NCBI GenBank assembly: GCA_963712915.1
Contig: CAVQJQ010000005.1
Coordinates: forward strand, 178,859 to 242,858
Length of the DNA stretch: 64,000 nt
DNA from: an uncultured Actinomycetes bacterium
Lineage (GTDB): Bacteria; Actinomycetota; Thermoleophilia; Gaiellales; Gaiellaceae
Reading direction: 5' to 3'
Under the pieces are notes generated by a model that saw nothing but the letters and a program-made list of their open reading frames with translations, was not told where the DNA came from and made no database searches. Shown piece after piece: positions 17,707 through 27,362 of this stretch. The position numbers were made by a program, and so were the translations under genes. Positions within the stretch are counted from its first letter, which is position 1. Each line of letters starts with the position of its first letter.

Positions 17707-18632
17707 CCCGCGACGCCTATCCTGGCCGCGTGGAAGCGGCCGCCGCACCGTCGCACGCGATCCTCTGCGACAACCTCGTGAAGATCTACAAGGTGGCCGA
17801 CCTCGAGGTGGTCGCCCTCCAGGGCCTCGATCTCGCCGTCCAGGCCGGGGAGCTGATCGCGGTGGTCGGGGCCTCCGGGAGCGGCAAGTCGACGCTGCAG
17901 AACATCCTCGGCGCGGTCGACACGCCGACTGCGGGGCGGGTCGAGGTCGCGGGGATGGACCTGAGCTACCTCACGGAGCGCCAGCGGACGAGCTACCGGC
18001 GGCGCGTCGTCGGCTTCGTCTGGCAGCAGACCGCACGCAACCTCCTGCCGTACCTGACCGCAGCGGAGAACGTCGAGCTGCCCATGACGCTCGACGGCGT
18101 CGGAGGCGCCGACCGCCGCAGGCGGGTGGCGGAGCTGCTCGAGCTCGTCGGCCTCGCGCACAGGGCGGATCACCGTCCCGACGCGCTCTCGGGCGGCGAG
18201 CAGCAGCGGGCCGCGGTCGCGATCGCGCTCGCGAACGCGCCGCACGTGTTGCTCGCGGACGAGCCGACGGGCGAGCTCGACAGCCAGGGCTCCAACGATC
18301 TCTTCGAGACGCTGCGGACTGCCAACCGCGAGACCGGCGTGACGATCGTCGTGCTCACGCACGACCCGCTCGTGGCGGAGCAGGTGCAGCGCACGATCCT
18401 GATCCGCGACGGACGCACCGCGACCGAGACGCTGCGCCGGCACGAGCTGGGGCCCGGCGGCGAGGAGCGGCTCGTGGCCGAGGAGCTGGCGGTGCTCGAC
18501 CGCACGGGTCGCCTGCAGCTGCCGCCCGACTACGTGGCCGCGCTGACGCTCGAGCGCAGGGTGCGGCTCGCCCTCGAGCCCGACCACATCTCGATCTGGC
18601 CGCAGCACCGCCGGAGCGACGATGACGGCTGA
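17703..18632 (+). CDS. ABC transporter ATP-binding protein with a C-terminal SpoVT/AbrB-like extension
   Basis: Walker A GASGSGKST, signature LSGGEQQR, Walker B LLADEPTGELD. The ~80-aa tail contains GRLQLPPDYVAALTLERRVRLALEPDHISIWP. GTG 17703 overlaps the permease stop (GTGA). Confidence 0.85.
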   Translation: MTRDAYPGRVEAAAAPSHAILCDNLVKIYKVADLEVVALQGLDLAVQAGELIAVVGASGSGKSTLQNILGAVDTPTAGRVEVAGMDLSYLTERQRTSYRRRVVGFVWQQTARNLLPYLTAAENVELPMTLDGVGGADRRRRVAELLELVGLAHRADHRPDALSGGEQQRAAVAIALANAPHVLLADEPTGELDSQGSNDLFETLRTANRETGVTIVVLTHDPLVAEQVQRTILIRDGRTATETLRRHELGPGGEERLVAEELAVLDRTGRLQLPPDYVAALTLERRVRLALEPDHISIWPQHRRSDDDG

Positions 18633-19344
18633 GCCACTCGTCGTCGTCGACCGCGTCTCGCGGCAGTACGGCTCCGGCGTCTCGACGGTGCACGCGCTCC
18701 GAGAGGTGTCGCTGTCGCTGCCCGCCGGCATTCTCTGCGTCGTCCACGGCCGCTCCGGCTCGGGCAAGACGACCCTGCTCAACATGATCGGCGGGCTCGA
18801 CCGGCCGACGGCCGGCCGGGTCGAGGTCGACGGTCGCGAGGTCTCCTCGCTCGGCGAGGAGGAGCTCGTCGAGTACCGGCGTGACGTGGTGGGCTTCGTC
18901 TTCCAGGCGTTCGGCCTGCTGCCGATCCTGACCGCCGCCGAGAACGTGGAGGTTCCTCTGCGGCTGCGGCGCGCCGCCCCGGCCGAGCGGGACGCGCGCG
19001 TGCACGAGCTGCTCCATCTCGTCGACCTCGCCGACCGCGCCGACCATCGCCCTCCAGAGCTGTCCGGAGGCGAGCAGCAGCGAGTCGCGATCGCCCGCGC
19101 GCTCGGCAACGAGCCCCGCGTGCTGGTCGCCGACGAGCCGACCGGTCAGCTCGACTCCCACCGCGCGCAGATGGTGATGGGGCTGCTCGCCCGCCTCGTC
19201 AAGGAGCAAGGCGTGCTCGCGGTCGTCGCGACGCACGACCCGCTGCTGATCGAGCTCGCCGACCGCCTGGTCGAGCTACGCGACGGGATGGTGGTCGGCG
19301 GCGAGACGCAGCTCGTCGCCGCCGCCTCGCCGGGCGGCGGCTGA
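18622..19344 (+). CDS. ABC transporter ATP-binding protein
   Basis: Walker A GRSGSGKTT, signature LSGGEQQR, Walker B LVADEPTGQLD. ATG 18622 overlaps the upstream gene by 11 nt. Confidence 0.9.
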   Translation: MTAEPLVVVDRVSRQYGSGVSTVHALREVSLSLPAGILCVVHGRSGSGKTTLLNMIGGLDRPTAGRVEVDGREVSSLGEEELVEYRRDVVGFVFQAFGLLPILTAAENVEVPLRLRRAAPAERDARVHELLHLVDLADRADHRPPELSGGEQQRVAIARALGNEPRVLVADEPTGQLDSHRAQMVMGLLARLVKEQGVLAVVATHDPLLIELADRLVELRDGMVVGGETQLVAAASPGGG

Positions 19345-19346
19345 CC

Positions 19347-20246
19347 GTGGGCACGGTCGGGATCCTCTCTCCCGGCGCGATGGGCAGCGCGCTCGGCGCG
19401 CGGCTGCGGGAGGGAGGAGCGCGGGTCGTCGTCGCGCTCGACGGTCGCAGCGCGCGCACACGGCGGCTCGCGTCCGATGGGGGGCTCGAGGACGTCGGCT
19501 CGCTGGAGGCGCTCGCGCGAGAGGCGTCCGTCGTGCTCGTCGTCGTCCCGCCCGAGGGCGCCCAGGCGGCCGCGTCGGCGCTCGCGGGGTCGGTGGGAGA
19601 GGCGCGGCCGCTCGTCGTCGAGCTCGACGCGGTCTCGCCGGCGACCATGCGGCGTGTCGCGGACGTGCTCGCCGCGGCCGGGCTCGATCTGGTCGACGGC
19701 TCGATCTCGGGCCCTCCACCGCAGCGGGCGGGGACGACGCGCATCTACCTGTCCGGCGCTCGTGCGGAAGAGGTCGTGTCCCTCCCCGCGAGCGGAGTCG
19801 AGCGGGTGGTCGTGGGTGACGCCCTCGGCGCGGCCTCCGCGGTGAAGATGTGCACGGCGTCCGTCTACAAGGGCAGGGTCGCGTTGCTCCTGCAGGCGCT
19901 GCGGACCGCGCGGGCGCACGGCGTCGTCGAGCACGTGGCCGCCGACCTCGCGGCCGCGGGCGTCGTCGAGCGCGACGGCCTGGGCCGGGCGCTCGGCGTC
20001 GCGTCGACCAAGGCATGGCGCTACGTGGCCGAGATGGAGGAGATCGCGGAGACCCAGGCTGCCGCGGGGCTGTCGCCCGACGTCTTCCGCGCGCTCGCGA
20101 CGCTCTACGCCGAGCTCGCCGAGCGGCCCTTCGCGGACGCGCCGGAGCGGGTGCCCCCGGACGTGTCGCTGGCGGGCGTCCTCGACTGGCTCAGCGGGGA
20201 AGGTGCAGGCCGAGACGACGCGGGAGCGACGCGACCGCTCGGGTGA
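19347..20246 (+). CDS. NAD(P)-binding oxidoreductase (6-phosphogluconate-dehydrogenase-like N-terminal domain)
   Basis: GTG start 2 nt after the ABC ATPase stop. Rossmann motif VGILSPGAMGSALG. 299 aa. Confidence 0.7.
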   Translation: MGTVGILSPGAMGSALGARLREGGARVVVALDGRSARTRRLASDGGLEDVGSLEALAREASVVLVVVPPEGAQAAASALAGSVGEARPLVVELDAVSPATMRRVADVLAAAGLDLVDGSISGPPPQRAGTTRIYLSGARAEEVVSLPASGVERVVVGDALGAASAVKMCTASVYKGRVALLLQALRTARAHGVVEHVAADLAAAGVVERDGLGRALGVASTKAWRYVAEMEEIAETQAAAGLSPDVFRALATLYAELAERPFADAPERVPPDVSLAGVLDWLSGEGAGRDDAGATRPLG

Positions 20247-21642
20247 GCGCGCCCGGACGGCGTCCGGCGTCCTCGGCGGCGTCGGCCCGTACGAGCGCGG
20301 CGCGGATCGCGGTCCCTCCCGCCCAGCGGAGCGGCTCCGGCGGCATCAGGGCCCGCGCCGGGTCGACCAGCGCGAGTCGCGTCAGGTCATCGCGCCGGTC
20401 GAGCACGAGCCGCGCGAGGAGCTCGCCGCCGAGGTAGGACGGGCCGACGCCGTTTCCCGTGAAGCCGAAGCCGTGGTGGACACGGCCGCGGCTCCCGAAG
20501 GTCGGCAGGTGAGTGGGGGAGACGTCGATCGGCCCGCCCCAGGCATGCGTGACGCGCCGGCCCGCGAGCTGCGGGAAGAAGCGGAGCAGGTCTGCGCGCG
20601 CCGTCCTCGCTGCGTCTGCGTCGACCTCGAGGCGCGCCAGGCGTCTCGCGCCGAAACCCATGCGTCCGCCGCCCCAGCCGAACGCGATCCTGCCGTCTCG
20701 GGTCGTGCGCAGGTAGTGGAGGAGGGTGCGGCCGTCGACGATCGGCTCGCCGCCGGTCCAGCCGAGCTCGTCGAGCACGTCCGGCACGGGCTCCGTGAGC
20801 ACCATGTGGCTCGACGCGACCGCGTGCGCCAGCCGGAAGCCCGGAAACGACGCCGTCGCGCTGTTCACCGCGAGCACCGCCTGGCCGGCGCGGACCTGTC
20901 CACGAGGTGCGGCCGCGGTCGCGTCGCGCCCGAGCCGCCGGACGGGCGTGTGCTCGTGGAGGCGAACCCCGGCGGCGACGACCTTTGCCCGCAGGCCGAG
21001 GGCGAGCCGGGCTGGGTGCACGGTCGCGGAGGTGCGGATCACCGCTCCGCCGAGAAAGCCGGCCGCGCAGCGCTCGCGCAGCCCGTCGGCGCCGACGGCG
21101 CTGATCTCCTCCGGCACGCCGAGCGCCGCGCAGGCCCGGACGGCCTCGCGGGGCGTATCGAGCTGCGCGTCGCTCGTCGCCACGACGAGCGTGGGGGCAC
21201 GGCGGAACCACGCGTCGACGCCGTGACGCTCGCACCACTCCCCGATCCCGTCGACGCCTCGCTCCGAGGCGCGTGCGACCGCGAGCGCGTCCGCGTCCCC
21301 GATCCGCTCGCGGAGGATCGGCAGGTCGTCCCAGAGCGTCGAGACGAAGCCGCCGTTCCGGCCGCTCGGCCCGTGCCCGGCAAGCCCCGCCTCGAGCACG
21401 ACCACGTCGGCCGAGGGCTCGAGCTGCTTGATCTGCCAGGCGGTCCACAGACCGAGGTAGCCGCCGCCGATCACGACGACGTCCGCGGTCGTATCCCCCT
21501 CGAGCGGCGGCGTCGGCTCGATCGGGCCTGCGTCCTCGAGCCACCAGCCGTAGCGCGTGTGTCGAGCTGTGCGCACCGCAGCGAGCGTAGATCCCCGTCC
21601 GAGGCTGCGCGGGCGAGAACAGCGCTTGTGTCGATTCGACAC
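20191..21642 (-). CDS. FAD-dependent oxidoreductase (DAO family)
   Basis: Dinucleotide-binding motif DVVVIGGGYLGLWTA, then SGRNGGF. The ORF is 483 aa. The true start may be the internal GTG at about 21576, because the N-terminal extension is Arg-rich. The 3' end overlaps the convergent gene by 56 nt. Confidence 0.8.
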   Translation of the reverse strand: MSNRHKRCSRPRSLGRGSTLAAVRTARHTRYGWWLEDAGPIEPTPPLEGDTTADVVVIGGGYLGLWTAWQIKQLEPSADVVVLEAGLAGHGPSGRNGGFVSTLWDDLPILRERIGDADALAVARASERGVDGIGEWCERHGVDAWFRRAPTLVVATSDAQLDTPREAVRACAALGVPEEISAVGADGLRERCAAGFLGGAVIRTSATVHPARLALGLRAKVVAAGVRLHEHTPVRRLGRDATAAAPRGQVRAGQAVLAVNSATASFPGFRLAHAVASSHMVLTEPVPDVLDELGWTGGEPIVDGRTLLHYLRTTRDGRIAFGWGGGRMGFGARRLARLEVDADAARTARADLLRFFPQLAGRRVTHAWGGPIDVSPTHLPTFGSRGRVHHGFGFTGNGVGPSYLGGELLARLVLDRRDDLTRLALVDPARALMPPEPLRWAGGTAIRAALVRADAAEDAGRRPGALTRAVASLPRRLGLHLPR

Positions 21643-21712
21643 AAAGTGGGTTCCGGCGAGCTCGGAGCGCGCCCGGAGAGCGGCCGCGGGAGCGGTATCC
21701 TCCGTCGCGCGC

Positions 21713-21786
21713 GGTGGCGGTAGCTCAGCTGGTAGAGCCCCGGGTTGTGGTCCCGGTGGTCGCGGGTTCGAATCCCGTCCGCCACC
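21713..21786 (+). tRNA. tRNA-His (anticodon GTG)
   Basis: Manual fold: an extra G(-1) paired with C73, acceptor stem GTGGCGG/CCGCCAC, D arm GCTC-AGCTGGTA-GAGC, anticodon arm CCGGG-TTGTGGT-CCCGG, T arm GCGGG-TTCGAAT-CCCGT. Very similar to E. coli tRNA-His as I remember it. No CCA is encoded. Confidence 0.9.
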
Positions 21787-21820
21787 TATTCCGCGTCGCG
21801 TCTACGATCGTCGCGACCCT

Positions 21821-21892
21821 GGCCCCGTAGCTCAGCGGATAGAGCGGCAGGCTTCGAACCTGCGTGCGGAGGTTCGACTCCTCCCGGGGCCA
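21821..21892 (+). tRNA. tRNA-Arg (anticodon TCG)
   Basis: Manual fold: acceptor stem GGCCCCG/CGGGGCC plus A73, D arm GCTC-AGCGGATA-GAGC, anticodon arm GCAGG-CTTCGAA-CCTGC, T arm GGAGG-TTCGACT-CCTCC. Confidence 0.85.
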
Positions 21893-21909
21893 TGCAGCAG
21901 GCCCGGCGT

Positions 21910-22101
21910 TCAGTCGGGCGAGCGGACGAGGCCGAGGACGTAGGCGGCGGCGCCGCCGAGAAGCAGCGCCGCCTGCACCGCGTGCCACCTGCCGGAGCCG
22001 TGCATCGCGAAGCCGACGACCGCCGACGAGGCGATCAGCGCGACCGCGACGACGCCGTGCCGGCCGACCCGGCGTCGATACCACGGGGCACGCGCGCGCA
22101 T
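21910..22101 (-). CDS. Small hypothetical membrane protein (63 aa)
   Basis: ORF with high GC3 and two hydrophobic stretches (GVVAVALIASSAVVGFA, ALLLGGAAAYVLGLV). I recognise no homology. Confidence 0.4.
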   Translation of the reverse strand: MRARAPWYRRRVGRHGVVAVALIASSAVVGFAMHGSGRWHAVQAALLLGGAAAYVLGLVRSPD

Positions 22102-22189
22102 GCGCCAAGACTGCCCGACGGTCGGCCGAGCGCGCGGCGGGGAGATCCGCGCGGTCCGGTCCGTCCGAGGCGGGTCCTACCCTGCCGCC

Positions 22190-22423
22190 ATGACAGTCGG
22201 AATCGTGCTGTTCGGGCTCGTGTTCCTCGGAGGACTGGTGCTCGGTACCAAGACCCGCCGGCCGCTGGCGATCGCCGCGGTCGTGGTGGGCGCGTTCTGC
22301 GCGCTGCTCGTGATCCAGACGAACGAGCCGTTCGTCGCCTTCGCGTCGTTCGCGCTGATCGCGCTCGCAGGGCTGGTCGCCGACTCGGTGCGCGAGACCG
22401 TCGGGCTCCTGCTCGGCCGCTGA
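22190..22423 (+). CDS. Small hypothetical membrane protein (77 aa)
   Basis: Internal ATG 22190 of ORF 22100..22423. MTVGIVLFGLVFLGGLVLG...AIAAVVVGAFCALLVI...FASFALIALAGLV gives three hydrophobic helices. GC3 is high. Confidence 0.5.
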   Translation: MTVGIVLFGLVFLGGLVLGTKTRRPLAIAAVVVGAFCALLVIQTNEPFVAFASFALIALAGLVADSVRETVGLLLGR

Positions 22424-22507
22424 GAACCGGGCGCGCCGCGGACACTTCGGCGGCCGCGTGGCGCCTCGGTCAGTGGTCGCGCTTTCGTGTCGCTCGCCTG
22501 CTCGCCA

Positions 22508-23296
22508 TCAGCGCTTTGGGCCGACGAACTCGTCGAGCCGCGCAACCGCTGCCTTGCTGTAGACGGCGATCTGCGTGACGCTGGCTCGCGTGCAGTGGAC
22601 GCCGGCGGTTTCACAAGCGGTGCGGAAGAGCTCGAGTATGTCCTCGGACCGATTCGAGAAGGCGTACCGCGGAGCCCTGCGCACGTAGCTGCCTTTGCGT
22701 TCGGTCGCAATGATCCGCGTCCCGTCGCTTTGGATCAGACCGCGCAGGAACTGCTCGGCGTGCGTCGAGACAATTCGCTGCTGCCAGTCCGCGAGGGTGA
22801 TTGGGCGCGTGTGTTTCCGTCCTGGGCCGTGCTGCGGGATCAGACATGGCCAGTGCTTCCAATAGTTCGAGACCTCGGACACTCGGCTCCGGGGCCGCCG
22901 ATAGATGCCGGCTCTGCCCGGCGCGACCGCTTCCACTGCACGAGCGCACTCGGCGACGATGTCTGGGTAGACCGCGTCGAGTGTGATTCGGAGACGCCAG
23001 ACGCCGCGAGGGCAGGCGGAGATACAGCCATCTCCGAGGTAGATGCCGAGCAGGTATGCGTACGCCGATTTGTCGAGAAGGGAGAGGTCATGTGTCTCGC
23101 ACGCGTGTGGTCGACGACGCGGAGGCCCGTGACGCAGCCAGTCCCGGACGGTTGAACGAGGGATTCCTGCGCGCCGCCTGGCAATTTCGCTGGTCGTCAA
23201 ACCACCGCGAGAGAGTTCGAGCACCTCGTCGACCTCTCGTTCCTGCCTCATGTCTCCATTTTGGGCAACATAACGGACGGCAGTGTGCCGGCTCAA
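22508..23296 (-). CDS. Free-standing LAGLIDADG-type homing-endonuclease-like protein with an N-terminal HTH
   Basis: 262 aa; the start may instead be Met16 at 23251. HTH: LTTSEIARRRAGIPRSTVRDWL. Two LAGLIDADG-like motifs: YLLGIYLGDGCIS and FLRGLIQSDGTRI. GC content is visibly lower than in the flanks. Confidence 0.75.
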   Translation of the reverse strand: MSRHTAVRYVAQNGDMRQEREVDEVLELSRGGLTTSEIARRRAGIPRSTVRDWLRHGPPRRRPHACETHDLSLLDKSAYAYLLGIYLGDGCISACPRGVWRLRITLDAVYPDIVAECARAVEAVAPGRAGIYRRPRSRVSEVSNYWKHWPCLIPQHGPGRKHTRPITLADWQQRIVSTHAEQFLRGLIQSDGTRIIATERKGSYVRRAPRYAFSNRSEDILELFRTACETAGVHCTRASVTQIAVYSKAAVARLDEFVGPKR

Positions 23297-23311
23297 TAAA
23301 CTGAGAGGGCT

Positions 23312-23395
23312 GCGGGCGTGGTGAAATCGGAAAACACGCCGGCCTTAGGAGCCGGTGCTCGCGAGAGCTTGGGGGTTCGAATCCCTCCGCCCGCA
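23312..23395 (+). tRNA. tRNA-Leu (anticodon TAG), long variable arm
   Basis: Manual fold: acceptor stem GCGGGCG/CGCCCGC plus A73, anticodon arm CCGGC-CTTAGGA-GCCGG, long variable arm (GTGCTCGCGAGAGCTT), T arm GGGGG-TTCGAAT-CCCTC. Confidence 0.85.
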
Positions 23396-23452
23396 TGATC
23401 TCTGGCTCGCGGCGCCGACGGCGCGCTGCACCCCCTCTGCTTGAATGGCCGC

Positions 23453-24808
23453 ATGTCCCAGGTCGAGGAGCTCGGCGGCAACCGCGTCCGCCTCACGGTC
23501 GACGTCTCGCCGCACGAGCTCGAGCACGCGGTCGAGCACGCCGCCTCGGATCTCGCCGGCTCGGTGAAGATCCCCGGCTTCCGCAAGGGGAAGGTGCCCA
23601 GGCAGGTGCTCCTCGCGAACGTCGGCCGCGACCGCCTCTGGGTCGAGGCGGTCGAGTCGCACATCGGCGGCTGGTTCTGGAGCGCCGCCGCGCGCTCGCG
23701 CCTCCGGCCTGTCGCGACCCCCGAGTACGACTTCGAGCTCCCCACCACGGAGCAGGAGCCCTGGAGCTTCAGCGCGACGGTCGAGGTGCAACCGACGCCG
23801 GAGATCGGCGACTGGACGACGCTCGAGGTGCCGCGGCCCGAGGCGGCGGTGCCCGAGGAGCTCGTCCAGCACGAGCTCGACGCGCTCCGCGACTCGGTCG
23901 CTGAGCTCCTGCCCGCGGACGACCGCGAGGCGCGGGAGGGCGACACGCTCGTCGTCGATCTGGCCGGCGCGAACGGCGAGGGGCAGCCGGACACCGTGGT
24001 CGAGCTGGGCTCCGGCCGGCTCGTCGCCGAGATCGAGCGTGCCCTCGTCGGAGCGCGCGTCGGTGACACGCGCACCGTCCGCTACGCGCTCTCGGACGGT
24101 GCGGAGACGTCGATCGACATCGCGGTCAAGCACGTGAACGAGAAGGTGCTGCCCGAGGCGGACGACGAGCTCGCTCGCGCCGCGAGCGAGTTCGACACGC
24201 TGGCCGAGCTCCGCGCCGACATCGAGGGCCGGATCCGTGCCGCGGTCGAGGAGCGGATCGACGCCGACTTCCGCGCAGCCGCCGTCGACGAGCTCGTGCG
24301 CGCGTCAGGGATCGAGGCGGCCGGCCCGCTCGTCGAGGCGAGGGCGCGCGAGCTGCTCAACTCGTTCGTGCGCTCGCTCGCGAACCGCGGCATCTCGCCC
24401 GAGGCGTACTTCCAGACGACCGGGCAGACGCCCGAGCTCCTCACCGCGCAGGTGCGGGCGGAGGCGGCGCAGTCCGTCGCGCGTGAGCTCGCGCTCGAGG
24501 CCGTGGCCGACAAGGCGGCGATCGCGGTCTCGGACGACGACGTGAAGGAGCTGATCCGCGAGCAGGCCGAGGCGTCGGGCGACGACCCCGACGCGGTGAT
24601 CGCCGACATCTGGGCGCACGGCCACCAGGAGAGCCTCCGCGAGGACCTGCGGCTCCGCGCCGCGCTCGACCGGCTGGCCGCCGAGGTGCAGCCGATCGCG
24701 CCCGAGACGCACGCGGCGCGCGAGGCGATCTGGACGCCTGACAAGGAGAAGCCTGCCGGCGAGACGAAATTGTGGACCCCCGGCGATCCTGCGCCGCAGG
24801 ATCGCTAG
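23453..24808 (+). CDS. tig: Trigger factor (ribosome-associated chaperone / PPIase)
   Basis: MSQVEELGGNRVRLTVDVSPHELEHAV...KIPGFRKGKVPRQVL is the trigger-factor N-terminal signature. Located upstream of clpP-clpX. The ORF track starts at TTG 23441. Confidence 0.9.
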   Translation: MSQVEELGGNRVRLTVDVSPHELEHAVEHAASDLAGSVKIPGFRKGKVPRQVLLANVGRDRLWVEAVESHIGGWFWSAAARSRLRPVATPEYDFELPTTEQEPWSFSATVEVQPTPEIGDWTTLEVPRPEAAVPEELVQHELDALRDSVAELLPADDREAREGDTLVVDLAGANGEGQPDTVVELGSGRLVAEIERALVGARVGDTRTVRYALSDGAETSIDIAVKHVNEKVLPEADDELARAASEFDTLAELRADIEGRIRAAVEERIDADFRAAAVDELVRASGIEAAGPLVEARARELLNSFVRSLANRGISPEAYFQTTGQTPELLTAQVRAEAAQSVARELALEAVADKAAIAVSDDDVKELIREQAEASGDDPDAVIADIWAHGHQESLREDLRLRAALDRLAAEVQPIAPETHAAREAIWTPDKEKPAGETKLWTPGDPAPQDR

Positions 24809-24897
24809 ACAGAGGCTTGGCCGAGAAAGGATCAGATGGGCGCGACGTACAGACTCGGTTCTTCTAGGCAGTTCCCGACCGAAGGGAGGGAACTCGC

Positions 24898-25482
24898 ATG
24901 AGCCCCCTGATCCCGATGGTGATCGAGCAGACGTCCCGTGGCGAGCGGTCGTTCGACATCTACTCGCGTCTGCTCAACGAGCGGATCATCTTCCTCGGGA
25001 CGCAGGTCGACGACCAGATCGCGAACCTGATCATCGCGCAGCTGCTGCACCTGGAGTCCGAGGACCCCGACAAGGACATCTTCCTCTACATCAACTCGCC
25101 CGGCGGCTCCGTCTACTCGGGGCTCGCGATCTACGACACGATGCAGTTCATCAAGCCGGACGTCTCGACGATCTGCGTCGGGATCGCGATGAGCATGGGC
25201 GCCCTGCTGCTTGCCGGCGGCGCCGCAGGGAAGCGGATGGCGCTGCCGAACTCGAAGATCCTCATCCACCAGGTGTGGGGGGGCTACCAGGGCCAGGCGA
25301 GCGACATCGAGATCCACGCGAGGGAGACGATCGCACTGAAGCGCAAGCTGGAGGAGATCATGGCCCAGCACACGGGCCAGGACACCGACAAGGTGCGAAC
25401 GGACATGGATCGCGACTACTTCATGACGTCGGAGGAAGCGACCGAGTACGGGATCATCGATCGGGTGATCACGCACCGCTGA
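24898..25482 (+). CDS. clpP: ATP-dependent Clp protease proteolytic subunit
   Basis: [38 protein letters not shown] (catalytic Ser), ILIHQ (catalytic His). GGGAGGGAA Shine-Dalgarno sequence upstream. Confidence 0.95.
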   Translation: MSPLIPMVIEQTSRGERSFDIYSRLLNERIIFLGTQVDDQIANLIIAQLLHLESEDPDKDIFLYINSPGGSVYSGLAIYDTMQFIKPDVSTICVGIAMSMGALLLAGGAAGKRMALPNSKILIHQVWGGYQGQASDIEIHARETIALKRKLEEIMAQHTGQDTDKVRTDMDRDYFMTSEEATEYGIIDRVITHR

Positions 25483-25543
25483 GGGGCGAATTCACCCGAT
25501 CCGGGTAGCCGAACGAGTGCTTTCCTAGTAAAAGAGGAGATCA

Positions 25544-26818
<1,275 letters not shown>

Positions 26819-26842
26819 GGTGTCGCGCTGACGCGCGCCACC
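26819..26842 (+). terminator. GC-rich hairpin directly after the clpX stop (possible terminator or processing site; no U-tract)
   Basis: GGTGTCGCGC-TGAC-GCGCGCCACC. 9 of 10 stem positions pair. Confidence 0.25.
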
Positions 26843-26845
26843 TAG

Positions 26846-27337
26846 ATGGACCCCCGTCGTTCACGCACGACGACCTGGAGCGACCCACGCGTCGTCGTCG
26901 CCGACATGGCCGCGCTCGACGGGATCGAGGCGCTGCGAGGCATGCTCGCCGGCGAGATCCCGTACCCCCCGATCGCCGACACGATCGGGATGCGCCTGCT
27001 CGCCGTCGAGTCAGGCCGGGTGACGTGGGAGGGCGATCCGGGCGAGCACCTCTACAACCCGGTCGGCACCGTTCACGCGGGGTTCGTGACGACGCTCCTC
27101 GACTCGGCGATGGGGACGGCTTTCGTCTCGGTCGCGGAGGCGGGGACGCGCTGGACGACGCTGGAGCTGAAGGCGAACTTCACGCGCGCGATCACGACCG
27201 AGACCGGTGCGGTGCGCTGCACGGGCACGGTCGTCCACCGTGGACGACGGGTCGTGACGACCGAGGCACGGGCGGAGGACCCCAAGGAGCGGCTGCTCGC
27301 GCACGCGACCAGCACGATCCTCGTGCTCGGCTCCTGA
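26846..27337 (+). CDS. PaaI-family hotdog-fold thioesterase
   Basis: 163 aa. PPIADTIGMRLLAVESGRVTW...NPVGTVHGGFVTTLLDSAMG-like core (here VHAGFVTTLLDSAMG). Confidence 0.8.
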   Translation: MDPRRSRTTTWSDPRVVVADMAALDGIEALRGMLAGEIPYPPIADTIGMRLLAVESGRVTWEGDPGEHLYNPVGTVHAGFVTTLLDSAMGTAFVSVAEAGTRWTTLELKANFTRAITTETGAVRCTGTVVHRGRRVVTTEARAEDPKERLLAHATSTILVLGS

Positions 27338-27362
27338 GGCGCTCCGTACACTCCGCGTCCTG

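Noticed and set aside
21893-23311. A tRNA-targeted integrative island between tRNA-Arg and tRNA-Leu
   Set aside because: I found no integrase or recombinase gene and no direct repeat of a tRNA 3' end. Only the LAGLIDADG gene, not the two small membrane ORFs, shows deviant composition. It is treated as a single-gene insertion or domesticated gene instead.
24809-24897. Possible stress operator (ClgR-type or CIRCE-like palindrome) upstream of clpP
   Set aside because: I found no convincing inverted repeat by eye, only a strong Shine-Dalgarno sequence.
27338-27362. T-box or other leader upstream of valS
   Set aside because: The intergenic gap is only 25 nt, far too short for a T-box riboswitch.
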